Positions 8,492 to 18,648 of a stretch of DNA of 64,000 bases are shown here, in pieces. Source of the DNA: an uncultured bacterium (GTDB lineage: Bacteria > Babelota > Babeliae > Babelales > Babelaceae); contig CAWFXL010000001.1 in the NCBI GenBank assembly GCA_963819815.1, positions 736,001 through 800,000 of the forward strand, written 5' to 3'. The notes beneath the pieces were generated by a model. The model was not told the DNA's origin and searched no databases. It saw only the letters and a program-made list of their open reading frames with translations. Numbering within the stretch: position 1 is the stretch's first letter; each line of letters begins with the position of its first letter. A program made the translations under genes and the position numbers.

Positions 8492-9859
8492 ATGCAAAGA
8501 ACTGGAATAAGCTTCCTACAAAATTGGCTCCACTCCTCTAAGCGGTTGCCTCTTATCATCAGAGGTGCACGGCAAGTGGGTAAAACATGGCTTGTCAGAG
8601 AATTTGCCGCATCTCAAAATAAGAGATTAATAGAGGTGAATCTCGAAGATATCCCCGAAGTATTACCCGCATTTTCTTCGAATGATCCTCAGGTCATTCT
8701 TCAAAAATTAAGTTCCGCTTTTGAAACCACCATAGATCCTTCTGAGTCACTCTTGTTTATAGATGAGATACAAGAAGCTCCAGAAGTTTTCTCAAAGTTA
8801 CGTTGGTTTGCTGAAAAAATGCCTGAGTTGCCCGTTATTGCAGCAGGATCTCTTTTAGAATTTGTTCTTGGGAAAGCTCAGATAAGTATGCCTGTAGGAC
8901 GAATCAACTACATGTACTTAGAACCCTTGTCATTTGAGGAATTTTTGCTGGCTCATGGAAGAGATAACCTCGTCGCTCAGATGAAAGAGTTCACCTTCAA
9001 GTCGGGCATCTTAGAACTTACTCACCAAAAGCTTATATCATTATTTAAAGAATATCTGATCGTAGGTGGGATGCCTGCAGCAGTAGATATTTGGTCGAGT
9101 AGTCGCTCTTTTGAAGCCCTTAGTCAAAAGCATCGGGATATTCTCCGTTCCTATCGAGACGACTTTGGTAAATATGGCGGAAGGATCCCCTCAGCTCGTT
9201 TTAATGAAATCGTAGATACAGTTCCCAAAGATTTAGGTAGAAAATTTGTCTATAGTTCAGTAAGCAGAAAGGTAAGTATCCCTATAATTAAGGAAACTCT
9301 GGCGCTTCTCTGCCAAGCGAGAGTTTGTCATAAAGTCTCAGGTGTTGCGGCTAATGGTATTCCCCTCGCAGCAGAGCCACTTAATCATTATCTTAAAGTT
9401 ATTCTTCTTGACGTTGGTTTAAGTTCGGCTGAACTTGGCCTTTCATTGAGTGAGCTTGATACGATGGAAGAGCTTGATTTAATCAATAAGGGTGGCATTG
9501 CAGAACAAGCAGTAGGTCAACTGTTACGTACCACTTTCCCTTTCTATCAAGAACCAGCCCTCTATTATTGGGTAAGCACTGACAAAGGAGCTTCAGCGGA
9601 AATTGATTATGTCATACAGCATGGGAGCAAAGTCATGCCCGTCGAGGTGAAAGCCGGTAGTTCAGGAAGCTTAAAGTCCTTACATCATTTTATGCATCTA
9701 AAGAAACTTTCACGGGCAGTCCGAATAAATTCAGGGCTACCTTTGTTATCAGATATCAACGTCCAAGATACTCAGGGTAATCCCGTCAAATACAAACTTC
9801 TTTCAATCCCCCTGTATCTTACCGGAGAACTTCATCGGTTACTTCAAGAGACAGCTTAG
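8492..9859 (+). CDS. AAA+ ATPase (AAA_14) with DUF4143 / PD-(D/E)xK-like C-terminus
   Basis: GARQVGKT, LFIDEIQ, VGGMP, DVGL, AEIDY...PVEVKAG. Confidence 0.9.
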   Translation: MQRTGISFLQNWLHSSKRLPLIIRGARQVGKTWLVREFAASQNKRLIEVNLEDIPEVLPAFSSNDPQVILQKLSSAFETTIDPSESLLFIDEIQEAPEVFSKLRWFAEKMPELPVIAAGSLLEFVLGKAQISMPVGRINYMYLEPLSFEEFLLAHGRDNLVAQMKEFTFKSGILELTHQKLISLFKEYLIVGGMPAAVDIWSSSRSFEALSQKHRDILRSYRDDFGKYGGRIPSARFNEIVDTVPKDLGRKFVYSSVSRKVSIPIIKETLALLCQARVCHKVSGVAANGIPLAAEPLNHYLKVILLDVGLSSAELGLSLSELDTMEELDLINKGGIAEQAVGQLLRTTFPFYQEPALYYWVSTDKGASAEIDYVIQHGSKVMPVEVKAGSSGSLKSLHHFMHLKKLSRAVRINSGLPLLSDINVQDTQGNPVKYKLLSIPLYLTGELHRLLQETA

Positions 9860-9986
9860 CCTGAGATATCCAAAGTATAAGCTTCTTTTTTCGATAAACC
9901 TCCTCAACCTCAATCCTTTTTTTAGTTAAATTGCTATACTTACAATAAACCACTCTATTTTGAATCTGCCATGTTAGGAATCTGTC

Positions 9987-11582
9987 ATGTTTGACTGGAT
10001 AGTCATCGTACCCCCTTTACTTGTCATTAGCTGTGTCCTCGCAACACGACGTATGATCCTTTCATTTCTCGTCGGAATTATTTCGAGTGCACTTATTGTC
10101 ACTCACGGACACATTATAAATGCGCTTAAGCTTTCCATTGGACATCTGTGGAAAAGTACAGGACTCCAGAACCTAACATCAGTTGAAGGCTTTCTCTCAA
10201 GCTGGAATCTTCTTATTTTTATATTTCTTATCTGTCTTGGCATCCTTATCATCCTACTATCAGAATCAGGAGCAGCAGAGGCCTACGTCCGATTAGTAAG
10301 CCGTAAAATCAAAACCCGCAAAGAGGCGGAAAGTGCTTCTCTCCTATTATCGCTCTTTTTCTTTATTGATGATTATTTTTCAGCACTCACCGTTGGGTCG
10401 GTAATGAGACCGCTTGCACAACTACATAATATCCATCCCGTTAAATTAGCATTTCTTACTACTGCTATGGCAACGCCAATCTCAATCATATCGCCCATTT
10501 CAAGCTGGGTAGGCGAAATAATTCTTCAGCTCAAGCAAGTGGGAATAGCTCCGGAGGGACCAAATACTGTTATTATTGGTGATCCTTATACCGTTTTTGT
10601 GTCAGCAATTCCGTATCTGATATATCCACTTCTTGTCATTGCTGGAACCTGGTACATCGTCTTACGCAACATATCCTATGGTCCCATGCAAAAATATGAT
10701 GCTATGAGAAGTCCAACTCACCACTCGGTTGCCCAAGTTGGTAAGAATGCATCTTTAATCGATTTTCTTATACCTCTGCTCACTCTTGTAGGCGTGGTAT
10801 GCGGAACCATGCTCTACACAGGAGGCTATTACCTTCTAGGAGGTACTGAAGGACTTATTTCAGCAATAAAAAATGCTGCTGTTCATAAGGCACTCTTTGC
10901 AGGAGGTGTAGCGAGTCTTCTTGTAAGCATGCTCTATTTTGGCATCAAAGGGACCATATCTGGTCCTAAACTTATACAAAGTGTCAGAGTTGGTTTTAAT
11001 TTGATGTTCCCTTCTATTATCATGCTCATCTGTGCCTGGTCTTTGGGAGCCATATTAAAAAATGATCTTAAAACTGGGAGCTATATTGCTACCTCAATGG
11101 CTTCACTTATTAGTATTGAATGGTTTCCCGTTATCAGCTTCTTAAGTGCTGCGTGTATAGCCTGGATGATAGGTTCTGCATGGGCTACTATCGGTCTTAT
11201 GTTTCCCATTATGATCGATATGCTGCAAAGCCTTCTTCACCTCGCTCCTCACACTCCGGTAGAATCAGTTGAGCTTATTTTGCCACTGGTAGGTGCAACT
11301 CTTTCTGGTGCCGTCATGGGAGTGCATCTTTCAGTTATTGCAGACAACTCTATGATGTCTGCTGCAAGTACAGGAGCGAACCATCTTGAACACGTAAAAA
11401 CGATGGCTTGGTATATTATTCCTATAGGCTTCTGTGCAGCAATTGGTTTTATGTGTGTTGGACTTCTATCGGCACATGTTGGTCTGAGGGCTTCACTTGC
11501 CATTGGATTAAGCAGCAGTTTATTGCTTACATGTCTCGCACTTGAATTGTGTCAGTATCTCTTTCATAAAAAAAGCACGTAG
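9987..11582 (+). CDS. NhaC-family (Na+/H+ antiporter-like) transporter
   Basis: FFIDDYFS, PISSW, GSAWATIG, GAVMGVHLSVIAD, HLEHVKT; highly hydrophobic. Confidence 0.8.
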   Translation: MFDWIVIVPPLLVISCVLATRRMILSFLVGIISSALIVTHGHIINALKLSIGHLWKSTGLQNLTSVEGFLSSWNLLIFIFLICLGILIILLSESGAAEAYVRLVSRKIKTRKEAESASLLLSLFFFIDDYFSALTVGSVMRPLAQLHNIHPVKLAFLTTAMATPISIISPISSWVGEIILQLKQVGIAPEGPNTVIIGDPYTVFVSAIPYLIYPLLVIAGTWYIVLRNISYGPMQKYDAMRSPTHHSVAQVGKNASLIDFLIPLLTLVGVVCGTMLYTGGYYLLGGTEGLISAIKNAAVHKALFAGGVASLLVSMLYFGIKGTISGPKLIQSVRVGFNLMFPSIIMLICAWSLGAILKNDLKTGSYIATSMASLISIEWFPVISFLSAACIAWMIGSAWATIGLMFPIMIDMLQSLLHLAPHTPVESVELILPLVGATLSGAVMGVHLSVIADNSMMSAASTGANHLEHVKTMAWYIIPIGFCAAIGFMCVGLLSAHVGLRASLAIGLSSSLLLTCLALELCQYLFHKKST

Positions 11583-11736
11583 CTTACACTCACCATTAAA
11601 GAGAAAAATGCTTGAGAATAATCAAGTTTTTCCTTGAAAATCGGAAGTCCAACTTCCAAATTACAAGGTACTTTTAGTTTTGGACCCTATAAGCCATGTC
11701 CAATTTTCTTCTCTCTTATGAAACCTAAGAACCGTA

Positions 11737-12525
11737 TCACTCAGTCTCAAGCCGCACAAGTCCTTTAATTTTGCTTTGGTTAAACATATACATGAAGAAA
11801 TAGAGAGCAGCTATCCCATACAGACAATTAAGAATAAGCGCGACACCCAACTGATAGAAAGGGAAGGTACCAACACTCGCATACAAGCGCATACCTTCAA
11901 AGACATACCCCATGGGCACACACTTCGCAATCACAAATGCCCAAGAAGGTAATGCATTCAAAGCGTAAAAGAGACCACTAAAAGGAGCAAAACACCATCC
12001 AAGAACCCACACAAGTTTTTGGATTTTAAGACCGCCATACATAAGACATCCTGCAGCACAGAGACCGATCACCCATCCCGACTGCACGAGAAGCAAGAAG
12101 GCTGGCACCAAAAGAAGACCAAATGAAGCAATGTTTACCCCATAGATGATATACGCCATAATGCATCCAAATATGACGACAACCAGCGCATTGATGATTC
12201 CCACAATCATCGCAGAAGCAAGCCATTCTCGGAGCTTCAAGGGAGTTGCGAACACACTGACGATATTATGGGCCCATAGTTCAGCAAGCAAGCTCAGTGA
12301 CATATCCATATTTGATCGTACGCAGCCTTGCCACACGACCAAGCAAGCTAACCAGACGAGAGTAACGCCGGTTGTACCATCTGCATTGGGCACTCCGCGA
12401 CTGGTAAAACCCCAGAGCATGAGATCAAACAGCGGCCACCAAAAAATATCGATGTAAGGATCTATGCCGCGATAACTGAGCTTCAAATTGCGTTTAACTA
12501 ACGCCATAATTCGAACACTATCCAT
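11737..12525 (-). CDS. ABC-2 type exporter permease
   Basis: About 6 TM segments, PFSGLFYALNALPSW, PMGYVFEGMR; coupled to the ABC ATPase gene. Confidence 0.85.
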   Translation of the reverse strand: MDSVRIMALVKRNLKLSYRGIDPYIDIFWWPLFDLMLWGFTSRGVPNADGTTGVTLVWLACLVVWQGCVRSNMDMSLSLLAELWAHNIVSVFATPLKLREWLASAMIVGIINALVVVIFGCIMAYIIYGVNIASFGLLLVPAFLLLVQSGWVIGLCAAGCLMYGGLKIQKLVWVLGWCFAPFSGLFYALNALPSWAFVIAKCVPMGYVFEGMRLYASVGTFPFYQLGVALILNCLYGIAALYFFMYMFNQSKIKGLVRLETE

Positions 12526-13496
12526 TAAATATCCTTTCGAGATCCTGCTATCTCTAAAAAGTATTCCTCTAAGGTTGGCTTCTTAAGAGCAATCTGACTA
12601 TAAGAAAGGTGCCTCATGGCGAGCGCCTCAAGAAAGGGAGCAATATCTTTCTCATCAAGTTCTATGGTGATACCATCTTCATCATCCGCTGCCACCGTTA
12701 CTGCAAGATTATGATTTAAAGCAAACAGAGCAATCTCATCTTTTTGAGCACTCACAAGATAGAGACCTGTTTTTGAGACACTTGCAGCTAACGCTTCAGG
12801 CGTATCCTGGCCAATAATTTTTCCATTGCGTAACACCAAAACACGATCACAGACTTCGCTTACCTCGCTCATATTGTGGGAGGTAAACACAAGAGAAACT
12901 CCATGCTGCTTACGCTGCTCAAGAATAAAATGGCGCACTTCAATTGCAACATCTGGATCAAGTGCAGCTGTTGGCTCATCAAGCAGTACCACACGAGGGT
13001 GTGATAAAAAAGCTTTTGCAAGAATCGCACGCATCATTTCTCCAGCTGAAAGACCTGAAGCCTTGCGATCTTTCAAGCGCCATAGATCAAACACTTTAAG
13101 AAAATGTTCGATCCTTTTTACTCGTTCAGCACCGTTAATGCCATAGAGCTCACCATAGAATGATAAATTCTCAAAGATGGTAAGTCGCCCTAGTAGACGA
13201 ATATAGGTGCTCGCAAACGCAACTTTCCGCATAATATGCGAGCGGCGACGAAAAAAATCTTCACCAAAATAGGCAATTGAGCCCGATGTCGGTTGCATGA
13301 CGCCGAGCAGCATATGAATTGTCGTGGTTTTCCCCGCTCCGTTGGGGCCAAGAAGGCCAAGTATCTCACCCTTCCTAAGCTCAAAGGAGATCCCATCAAC
13401 AGAGGTAAATCGAACGTGAGAACGATCGAAGAACGACGTCGCTTCAAACACTTTCGTCAACTTCTCAACTCTCAACGGTACGTCATATGCTTCCAT
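12525..13496 (-). CDS. ABC-2 type exporter ATP-binding subunit
   Basis: GPNGAGKTT, LSAGE, LLDEPTAALD, SH motif. Confidence 0.92.
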   Translation of the reverse strand: MEAYDVPLRVEKLTKVFEATSFFDRSHVRFTSVDGISFELRKGEILGLLGPNGAGKTTTIHMLLGVMQPTSGSIAYFGEDFFRRRSHIMRKVAFASTYIRLLGRLTIFENLSFYGELYGINGAERVKRIEHFLKVFDLWRLKDRKASGLSAGEMMRAILAKAFLSHPRVVLLDEPTAALDPDVAIEVRHFILEQRKQHGVSLVFTSHNMSEVSEVCDRVLVLRNGKIIGQDTPEALAASVSKTGLYLVSAQKDEIALFALNHNLAVTVAADDEDGITIELDEKDIAPFLEALAMRHLSYSQIALKKPTLEEYFLEIAGSRKDI

Positions 13497-13564
13497 TAGA
13501 TACTATCCACCTACTTGCAAAACCTATAAAACTCAAAAACGTTGTTTCCTAGATACCCTTTTCC

Positions 13565-13648
13565 TTAGGCCCAAATGATAAGGCGGCTTAAAATAAAGAG
13601 TGCACTAAATACAATTCCTGCTAACAGCCTCAATCGGCAATGACACAT
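13565..13648 (-). CDS. Putative 27-aa single-TM small protein
   Basis: MCHCRLRLLAGIVFSALFILSRLIIWA*, with AGGAG RBS 5 nt upstream and TTGACA-17-CACAGT at 13713-13685. Confidence 0.5.
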   Translation of the reverse strand: MCHCRLRLLAGIVFSALFILSRLIIWA

Positions 13649-13855
13649 AGGAACTCCTATCTTCTGAGGGTTACTCGAGCACTCACTGTGCAACTTACTG
13701 CTCAAATTGTCAATCTCCGGGCTCGCGCAATGATTCAAAGATACTTGTAACTGCTATTTTCCTAATCATATACTTTTTTATTCTTTTAGCTTTTTTTAAG
13801 CCGGTTGCCTGATATACTTATACCAACATCACGCCCTCAACCAAGAGAGTTCGCT

Positions 13856-15172
13856 ATGAACACAACCTATCTCAAAATTGTTTTTTTCAGTATCAGCATG
13901 GCCTCACACTGCTTTGCCAGCCAACCAGTTCTCACGAAAGTTTCGGTACAACGACAGGTTCTCACTATCGAACCAAGCCCCTATATTAAAGAGACGTTTC
14001 TCAATAATCAAAATTTCACGGTTACCTATGATCGAACAATTGCAGGACTGCCAGAAACGGTGCTTACTATTCCCTACCTTATGTGTATAAGTCCCGTATT
14101 ATGGCTCTCGGGAAAAAGCTACACGATAGCCCAAATGGATCATGATACCTATTATGCACTAGAAAACATTAAACTCATCCTTAAAAAGTTCTATCCATGG
14201 CTTTCATTTGAAGGATCTCTCAAACCTAAAAGGCTCATTAACAACAGTCCTCCTCGCGCAAGAAAAGGAGCACAACTTGCTCTTCTTTTTAGTGGAGGCC
14301 TTGACTGTATAGCTGCATCGTTAGGCCTTATAGGCCACGACCAGCTCTTGATAACAAATCAAGGAATTGATATGCCTCTTAAGAACCCTCAGCTCTTTAA
14401 GAATGTAGAAGACCAAGTGAGAACCTTTGCATTAAGCTATGGTCACATGAATGCTTTGATTAGCTGTAACTTCTGCACAATACTTAACTATGAGTATTTG
14501 AAAGTATTCTCTCCAAAGATCACTAAATGGTGGTGGCTCGATGACGTTACTGATGCTATTAATCACACCTCACTAACCGCACCTCTTCTTTATAGCCTAG
14601 GCTATCAGGATCTCTATATAGCTGCTTCCCATACGGTTGATCATCCCTATCCTTATGGAAGTCATCCCCTTTTAGATAACCAGATTAGGTTTGCAGGAAT
14701 TCAAGTACATCACTTCCAGGAAGAGCTCGATCGTTGCCAAAAAATCGAACTTATAACATCCGCTTCTCAGCTCATTAATAAGCCTGTGCCAGCATTACGT
14801 GTCTGCTGGACCGATACAGAAGGAAATAACTGCCTATCCTGCGAAAAGTGTCTTCGTACCCTTAATAATATTCTCGTAACAGGCAACATACCTTTTGATT
14901 ATGGCTTCTGTATCTCAAAAGAGGAAGCTATGCATCAGACCCGAGTGTTTTTGAACAGTGATCCCATTAACACCTCAAAAATATTCTGGGAATGGACCGT
15001 CATCCAAAATGCCGCCCGTATGCGACTTAACAAGGGTATCAATCTCCCTGAAGAAGATCGCGAGTACCTCACTTGGCTTGCAAACATCAAGCTCGATGGG
15101 CAGCATGCTGAGAAAATCCATAAGGATGATGCACAAAAAGATTACTTTACCTGGCTCTGGAATGCTCGATAA
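13856..15172 (+). CDS. Hypothetical PP-loop (QueC-like fold) protein with Cys cluster
   Basis: LLFSGGLDC, PYGSHPLLD, LRVCW...NCLSCEKCLRT. ATG 13856 preferred. Confidence 0.6.
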   Translation: MNTTYLKIVFFSISMASHCFASQPVLTKVSVQRQVLTIEPSPYIKETFLNNQNFTVTYDRTIAGLPETVLTIPYLMCISPVLWLSGKSYTIAQMDHDTYYALENIKLILKKFYPWLSFEGSLKPKRLINNSPPRARKGAQLALLFSGGLDCIAASLGLIGHDQLLITNQGIDMPLKNPQLFKNVEDQVRTFALSYGHMNALISCNFCTILNYEYLKVFSPKITKWWWLDDVTDAINHTSLTAPLLYSLGYQDLYIAASHTVDHPYPYGSHPLLDNQIRFAGIQVHHFQEELDRCQKIELITSASQLINKPVPALRVCWTDTEGNNCLSCEKCLRTLNNILVTGNIPFDYGFCISKEEAMHQTRVFLNSDPINTSKIFWEWTVIQNAARMRLNKGINLPEEDREYLTWLANIKLDGQHAEKIHKDDAQKDYFTWLWNAR

Positions 15173-15195
15173 ACTTGCGACTAGCAAAGGAACCT

Positions 15196-15732
15196 ATGCA
15201 TAGAAAACATCTTCTTGAAAGCCTTGCAACCTATAGAGTAAGTCCCCTTATTACCGAAGAAGAACTTGAGGACTATGAAAAACTCATTGAGTTTATTAAT
15301 ACAAATCCCGAATGCTTTGAGCGTGAAAATGCAGGACATATTACCGGTTCAGTGTGGCTGGTGAATGACGAGATGACTCACGTTTTATTGACGCATCACA
15401 AAAAGCTCGGAATGTGGATCCAATTGGGCGGACATGCAGATGGAGATCCTGATATACAATCGGTAGCAATGAAAGAAGCACAAGAGGAATCTGGCATTAC
15501 TGGTCTTACGTTTGCCCATGAAGGAATTTTCGATATCGATATTCACCCTATACCTAACAAATGCCTTTTTCATTATGATGTGCGGTACTTGATCCAAGCA
15601 CCTCCTGGCGCAACGTATACAGTGAGTCATGAATCTCATGATCTTGCATGGGTCTCTCTTGTGAAGCTCTCTGAGTATACCAAGGCGCCTTCAGTGACCC
15701 GCATGGCTCAAAAAATGGTTCGTCTTCATTAG
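15196..15732 (+). CDS. NUDIX hydrolase
   Basis: GHITGS and Nudix box GGHADGDPDIQSVAMKEAQEESG; AAGGA RBS before ATG 15196. Confidence 0.9.
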   Translation: MHRKHLLESLATYRVSPLITEEELEDYEKLIEFINTNPECFERENAGHITGSVWLVNDEMTHVLLTHHKKLGMWIQLGGHADGDPDIQSVAMKEAQEESGITGLTFAHEGIFDIDIHPIPNKCLFHYDVRYLIQAPPGATYTVSHESHDLAWVSLVKLSEYTKAPSVTRMAQKMVRLH

Positions 15733-15769
15733 AGCCTACCTGCGGATACGCTGCGATAGCTTCATCAGA

Positions 15770-16375
15770 TCACTCAGATAGATCGAGTTCGTAGCAACGC
15801 TTAAGCCACATCATAACCTCATCATCTATATCATGCAAAGATTGAAGAGCAATACGATGCGTAATACGATCACCTTTTTCAAGGCCGCCGGTTGCAATAA
15901 GTCGATTTGATTTGGCTTCTGGCATCTTCTTAAGTGCAAGACCTAGATCAACTCTTGTGCGCGTTGTTGGCTTAATCTGCGCAAATACGTGTGTGCGATA
16001 GAGCGGTGTTATCGTCTTACAGGGGGAAACTTTGACATCCGACCCTAAGGATAAAGCCCGCTCAAGAAGTGTATCATGCAAAGGACGGAGTACTTTCTTT
16101 TCCCCAGCATACATATTTTCAACATAGCTTACAGCAGACTTTAAGTACTCTTCATCGGTCTCAACTTGTTGGCCAGAAGCATATTCAGCAAGAAGATTTG
16201 CAGTCGTAGCCCCAAGGCCGAAGTTCTCTTTAAGCCATGTCCGTCGTTCTGCTATGGTAGAAGGTCCAGTTTGCTTAATAATCTCAATCCATTGATCGAG
16301 TGATTTGCCGGTAGTTTTTGAAAGTTGACGAACTATGCTATTTATATACGCGATAGACGGGTGAACACTGTACAT
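15770..16375 (-). CDS. DUF4287/DUF5655-like protein
   Basis: KTTGKSLDQW...WLKENFGLG N-terminus; RITHRIAL...DIDDEVMMWLKRCY C-terminus. Confidence 0.7.
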   Translation of the reverse strand: MYSVHPSIAYINSIVRQLSKTTGKSLDQWIEIIKQTGPSTIAERRTWLKENFGLGATTANLLAEYASGQQVETDEEYLKSAVSYVENMYAGEKKVLRPLHDTLLERALSLGSDVKVSPCKTITPLYRTHVFAQIKPTTRTRVDLGLALKKMPEAKSNRLIATGGLEKGDRITHRIALQSLHDIDDEVMMWLKRCYELDLSE

Positions 16376-16573
16376 ACCTAATCCTCATGATATAAGACTT
16401 GTGCACTAATACTAGAATACTGGAAATTAGTATCCTCAGCAACTATGCTAAGTGCATTTGATGATTCAGTCTCACGATCGTGAATCTATTACCCACAGTT
16501 CAAAAACTGGGATGCCATACGTCGCCGATAATTCTCAGTTAACTTCTTTTATTGGCAACTTATAAAATATTCT

Positions 16574-18634
16574 CTAAGCTACCTTATTAAAAACATATTT
16601 GTGCTGCCCAGATTCAAGTACGAGCTGCAGATCACCATCATGTTGCCGTGGCAAAAACTCAAAGCCTGCGAAGAGACCAGTGGTCAAGAGTAGTTTAAGG
16701 GTACCATCTTTTTCTCGTTTTTGGCCAAGTGAACCTTTCCAATCGCGAGCATCTAATTCAGCACCACCAGATATTTCTCGAATGTTAAGCTGTCCCAATC
16801 TTGGATGCATGTACGTTCCTACAAATTGTTTGAGCCATGCACTATCCGGTTTAAAAGTGATATCCTCAAGGTATTTTTCAAACCACTTTTTTTGTTGATC
16901 AACGCCAATTTTTACCATTTCCAGCGCTTGTGATTTGCCATCAAAAAGCATCTCCATACATTTACGTTTTACCGCCTGCGTAAAAACCGTAGCTTGCCGT
17001 GCATTGGTGAGTATTACAAGCCCTAGGTTATGTTCTGGAAGGAAAAACAACAGCGACGAGAATCCCATCGTCATGCCATCATGGCCTACCGATAAAACCC
17101 CATGATCGTTTTCGATCAAAAGCGCCAGTCCATAACTAAGCTTGTCGGTAATCTTTACCTGCGACTCACGACGCTTTAAAAGATTCTCTTCTGAGATAAC
17201 TCGCTTACCTTCGGCAGTAACGCCTTTATTGAGTTCAATCATCACATATTGAGCCATATCATGAACATTGGACCACGCGCCACCTGCAGGACGTATAGAC
17301 TCTACCCATTTTTCATCACTCACTGCTAACGGTAGGTTAGCGCCATGTAAGTCCATACCATGAGGTACTGCATGATCAACCTTTTCAACTCGGGCAAAAT
17401 CAAACGTAGTTGAAGTCATACCCAGAGGATCAAACACTCGTGATTGCATGACAGTATCGTATGCCTTACCAAGTCCACTTTGTTTATCAACCGAATATGC
17501 AGCACCATAGCCACCAGCAGCAACCATCATATTGCTGTACTGAAATGTTTCGCCAAAGCCGGTAGTCGGCTTCATGTCGCGCATCTCTTGTATGCGAAAC
17601 TCAGGAGTTCCCTTATCATAGTTAAAGAGAGCTTCTATATCCTGTCGCGGTATTCCCGTACTCGCAGAAACCATATGTTTCATCAACACCTGCTTAGTAG
17701 TAGCTTCATCACCCAAAGCAAAATTAGACATCACCTTGGTTACTGGGGTATCCCACGTAAATCGTCCTTCGTCAACCAGCCGTGCCATCATCAAAGTTGT
17801 GAGCGCTTTGGTGGTAGAACCGATCATGAAAACTGTTTTTGGAGTAACCTTTTCTGGTTTGCCAAGCTCACGTACACCAAAGCCTTGCTCAAAAATCAGT
17901 TTCCCGTCTTGCACGATACCTACGGCAACGCCAGGGATTGCACACTGTACCCGTACGTGCTCTACAAAATCCGTAAACTCTTTCAACTGTTTAGCAGTTA
18001 GCGTATGTACTTTTTTATGAGCAAACGATTCCTCTTTCATACCTGGAACTTTAAAACTCGTATTTATCAAAAGCACACCAGCCATACGCCGATCAAATGC
18101 AGCTTTCGTACCATCAATAAGTATGAGGTACCATCGTGTGCCAACTCTCCCTGCTGTGGCAAAAACAAGTCGCCCTTCTTGTGTTGATGTATCATAGAAA
18201 TAGGTGACTAGCTCATCCCACCCATCCTGGGGCACTTCTTGTGATGTATGCTGAATTGTCCGTGCAAAATTTGGTTGTGCTTGCTTCCATGCACTCAACA
18301 CTGCTTGCTCAGCGTTAGCCTCGTTATTTTCAATGAGCGTTACGGTTAATTCGCGATCTGGCTCTTCGAGTATAATCATCTCCGGACGCTGCGATACAAA
18401 CCAACCTTTCTCTGCAGTAAAGGTACAACCTGAAGCGGTGGTTCCTTGCGTATTTTGATCTAGTTTTTTAAAAGACATCGTATCCCTATTTTCGCCTGTA
18501 TTCTGAGTATCACTATCATCGGCTTGTAACACAATATTATTTTTCTTGGTCGTGGGTTTTTGGTAACCTGGCATGAATTCAGCCATACCTGCTACAAAAC
18601 CTAGTACAACCAATTTTGCATATTTTTTTAACAT
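16574..18634 (-). CDS. Serine hydrolase of the beta-lactamase/AmpC-like family with an extra N-terminal domain
   Basis: IPGVAVGIV, SxxK (GSTTK), YSN, PAGG, GHDG. Confidence 0.88.
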   Translation of the reverse strand: MLKKYAKLVVLGFVAGMAEFMPGYQKPTTKKNNIVLQADDSDTQNTGENRDTMSFKKLDQNTQGTTASGCTFTAEKGWFVSQRPEMIILEEPDRELTVTLIENNEANAEQAVLSAWKQAQPNFARTIQHTSQEVPQDGWDELVTYFYDTSTQEGRLVFATAGRVGTRWYLILIDGTKAAFDRRMAGVLLINTSFKVPGMKEESFAHKKVHTLTAKQLKEFTDFVEHVRVQCAIPGVAVGIVQDGKLIFEQGFGVRELGKPEKVTPKTVFMIGSTTKALTTLMMARLVDEGRFTWDTPVTKVMSNFALGDEATTKQVLMKHMVSASTGIPRQDIEALFNYDKGTPEFRIQEMRDMKPTTGFGETFQYSNMMVAAGGYGAAYSVDKQSGLGKAYDTVMQSRVFDPLGMTSTTFDFARVEKVDHAVPHGMDLHGANLPLAVSDEKWVESIRPAGGAWSNVHDMAQYVMIELNKGVTAEGKRVISEENLLKRRESQVKITDKLSYGLALLIENDHGVLSVGHDGMTMGFSSLLFFLPEHNLGLVILTNARQATVFTQAVKRKCMEMLFDGKSQALEMVKIGVDQQKKWFEKYLEDITFKPDSAWLKQFVGTYMHPRLGQLNIREISGGAELDARDWKGSLGQKREKDGTLKLLLTTGLFAGFEFLPRQHDGDLQLVLESGQHKYVFNKVA

Positions 18635-18648
18635 ACAACCCCTCTTTG

